The translations under genes and the position numbers were made by a program. A model generated the notes under the pieces. The model had not been told where the DNA came from. It worked only from the letters and a program-made list of their open reading frames with translations, and did no database searches. Shown piece after piece: positions 7,801 to 9,276 of a stretch of 9,276 nucleotides of DNA. The stretch is from Octopus sinensis (lineage: Eukaryota), in contig NW_021828267.1 of NCBI RefSeq assembly GCF_006345805.1, positions 1 through 9,276 on the forward strand, in the 5' to 3' direction. Within the stretch, counting starts at the first letter, position 1; every line of letters starts with the position of its first letter.

Positions 7801-8345
7801 AAAAAAACGTTTTCAAATTTAAAATGTTTTTCGTTAATAATCCCCAACCCAACTGATTAAAAAGTTTGCTTCGTCATCACAAGATACCAGGTTGAATTCC
7901 CACTGCATCTGCACGGGTCAAAAATTATTGAAACACAACAGAAATATAGTAATAAAAGAAGACTTTAAACGGTTTTCAAATTCCTTTCGTTAATATCCCA
8001 GCCGAATGATTAAAAAGTTTGCTTCGTCATCACAAGATACCAGGTTCGATCCCACTGCACGGGTCAAAATTTATTGAAACACAACAGAAATATAGTAATA
8101 AAAGAAGACTTTTAAACGGTTTTCAAATTCCTTTCGTTAATATCCCAGCCGAATGATTAAAAAGTTTGCTTCGTCATCACAAGATTCCAGGTCGATCCCA
8201 CTGCACGGGTTAAAATATTGAAACACAACAGATTAGTAAATCAAAGACTTAAACGGTTTTCAAATTCCTTTCGTTAATATCCCAGCCGAATGATTAAAAT
8301 TTTGCTTCGTCATCACAAGGTACCGGGTTCGATCCCACTGCACGG
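7747..8345 (+). repeat. Four tandem units (170, 146, 146, 137 bp)
   Basis: Unit starts at 7747, 7917, 8063 and 8209. Each runs GTCAAAA...TTGAAACACAACAG...TTGCTTCGTCATCACAAG...CTGCACGG. Confidence 0.95.
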
Positions 8346-8745
8346 CACCTTGGGCAAGTGCCCTTTTACTCTAACTTCAGGTGGGTCCATATTTTGTGGG
8401 AGAAATTGGAGAGACGGAAATCAATCGGATGAACTGTACCTGCAATTCAAAATCACAGCCTAGCCACATGTTAATTCTGCCACATGCACCATGTTAATTC
8501 TGATTCAGAATTAGTTAATGGTAAAGATATTACTCATTTTTACGAGCCGAGTGGATAGGAGCAACATGAAATGAAGTAGCTTGCTCAAGAACACAACGCG
8601 TCGCCCGGTCTAGGAATCGAAACCAAAATCTTACGATCATGAGTCCAACACCCTAACCATTAAGCCACGCACCTCCAAGAATTATATTAAGGGTTCACAT
8701 GTCTGTGGAATATTCAACCACTTACACGTTAATTCAGGAGCAGGT
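8280..8745 (+). mobile_element. Old SINE (family C head, family B-type tail) interrupted by another SINE
   Basis: GGTTCGATCCC (8326-8336) plus GGCACCTTGGGCAAGTG. 8437-8470 and 8678-8745 match the reverse complement of the tail at about 6890-7020 (TTAAGGGT...TGTCTGTGGA...CCACTTACACGTTAATT). Confidence 0.7.
8521..8676 (-). mobile_element. tRNA-derived SINE, family D (B-like head, different body), 3'-truncated
   Basis: Minus strand GGAGGTGCGTGGCTTAATGGTTAGGGTGTTGGACTC...GGTTTCGATTCC, parallel to the head at 7140-7216. AGAATTA at 8507-8513 and 8678-8684 is a possible decayed TSD. Confidence 0.78.
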
Positions 8746-8981
8746 AACTCAGCTGATCCACTGAGAACTCAGAATAAGAAATTCTGGCTGTGATCCATTG
8801 TAGTCAGTATTTCCAAAGAAAATTATTCCTTGAAGAAGGAACTTTAAAATAGTTATGAGGATTAAGTTATTGGACGACATGCTTACTGAAGGACTGTGGT
8901 TTCAAATTGAGCCGCCGTCGCATTGTTGCATTTCTTAGGTAACTTTTTAAGAAATTTATCTTTTATTCTGAATTCCTCCAG

Positions 8982-9276
8982 GTCTAAGCAAATCTATCAG
9001 GAAGAATATTGAACAAGTTTACAGCGATAAGGTCAATATAACTAAGACCGATCTTCTCAACCGAAAGAAAACCTCAGATCAGCAGAGATCAAATAAAAAG
9101 TTAAGTGCATTGATGTGGCTTATAAGACGCTACAAATCGATAGTAGCTGATCCACTTAACTCGGAACAAACGAATTTAAAGGAACTTCGTCTGAACTTCA
9201 TTCTCCTATTGAGCGTTTCTAATTCCAATTCAAGCTTTAAGACCGACATTCCAAAGAAGAAAAAAAGACCGATCTC
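8982..9276 (+). CDS. Candidate internal coding exon, runs off the window; product unknown
   Basis: Acceptor TTTATCTTTTATTCTGAATTCCTCCAG|G (AG at 8980-8981). Frame from 8984 is stop-free for 97 codons: LSKSIRKNIEQVYSDKVNITKTDLLNRKKTSDQQRSNKKLSALMWLIRRYKSIVADPLNSEQTNLKELRLNFILLLSVSNSNSSFKTDIPKKKKRPI. An in-frame TGA lies just upstream (8969-8971). Confidence 0.5.

Noticed and set aside
8939-8981. 43-nt mini-intron (TAG|GTAACT...CCAG)
   Set aside because: Very short, and the upstream frame that would join hits TGA at 8908-8910 after only nine codons.

Overview
Eukaryotic, largely non-coding, repeat-saturated DNA. The SINE families and microsatellite load resemble octopus/coleoid cephalopod DNA (recalled, not database-verified). 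Layout: 111-451 is a minus-strand tRNA-derived SINE plus a 67% GC 5' extension, bracketed by an exact 12-bp direct repeat. 480-1300 is a C-rich to G-rich skew switch centred on a cluster of CRE motifs (940-976). 1120-4490 is an almost unbroken series of microsatellites, which generate nearly all ORFs in the supplied track. 4630-5945 is a ~46-bp minisatellite with a 181-bp four-monomer higher-order repeat. 6013-7800 holds SINEs, three of them nested in three head-to-tail copies of an AT-rich TTAA-bounded element. 7747-8345 is four ~146-bp tandem units that each include a SINE Pol III head. 8280-8745 is a SINE interrupted by another SINE. From 8982 to the window end there is a stop-free frame behind a good splice acceptor, the only credible coding candidate, and it is missing from the ORF track. 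No tRNA or rRNA gene, CRISPR array or recognisable gene was found.
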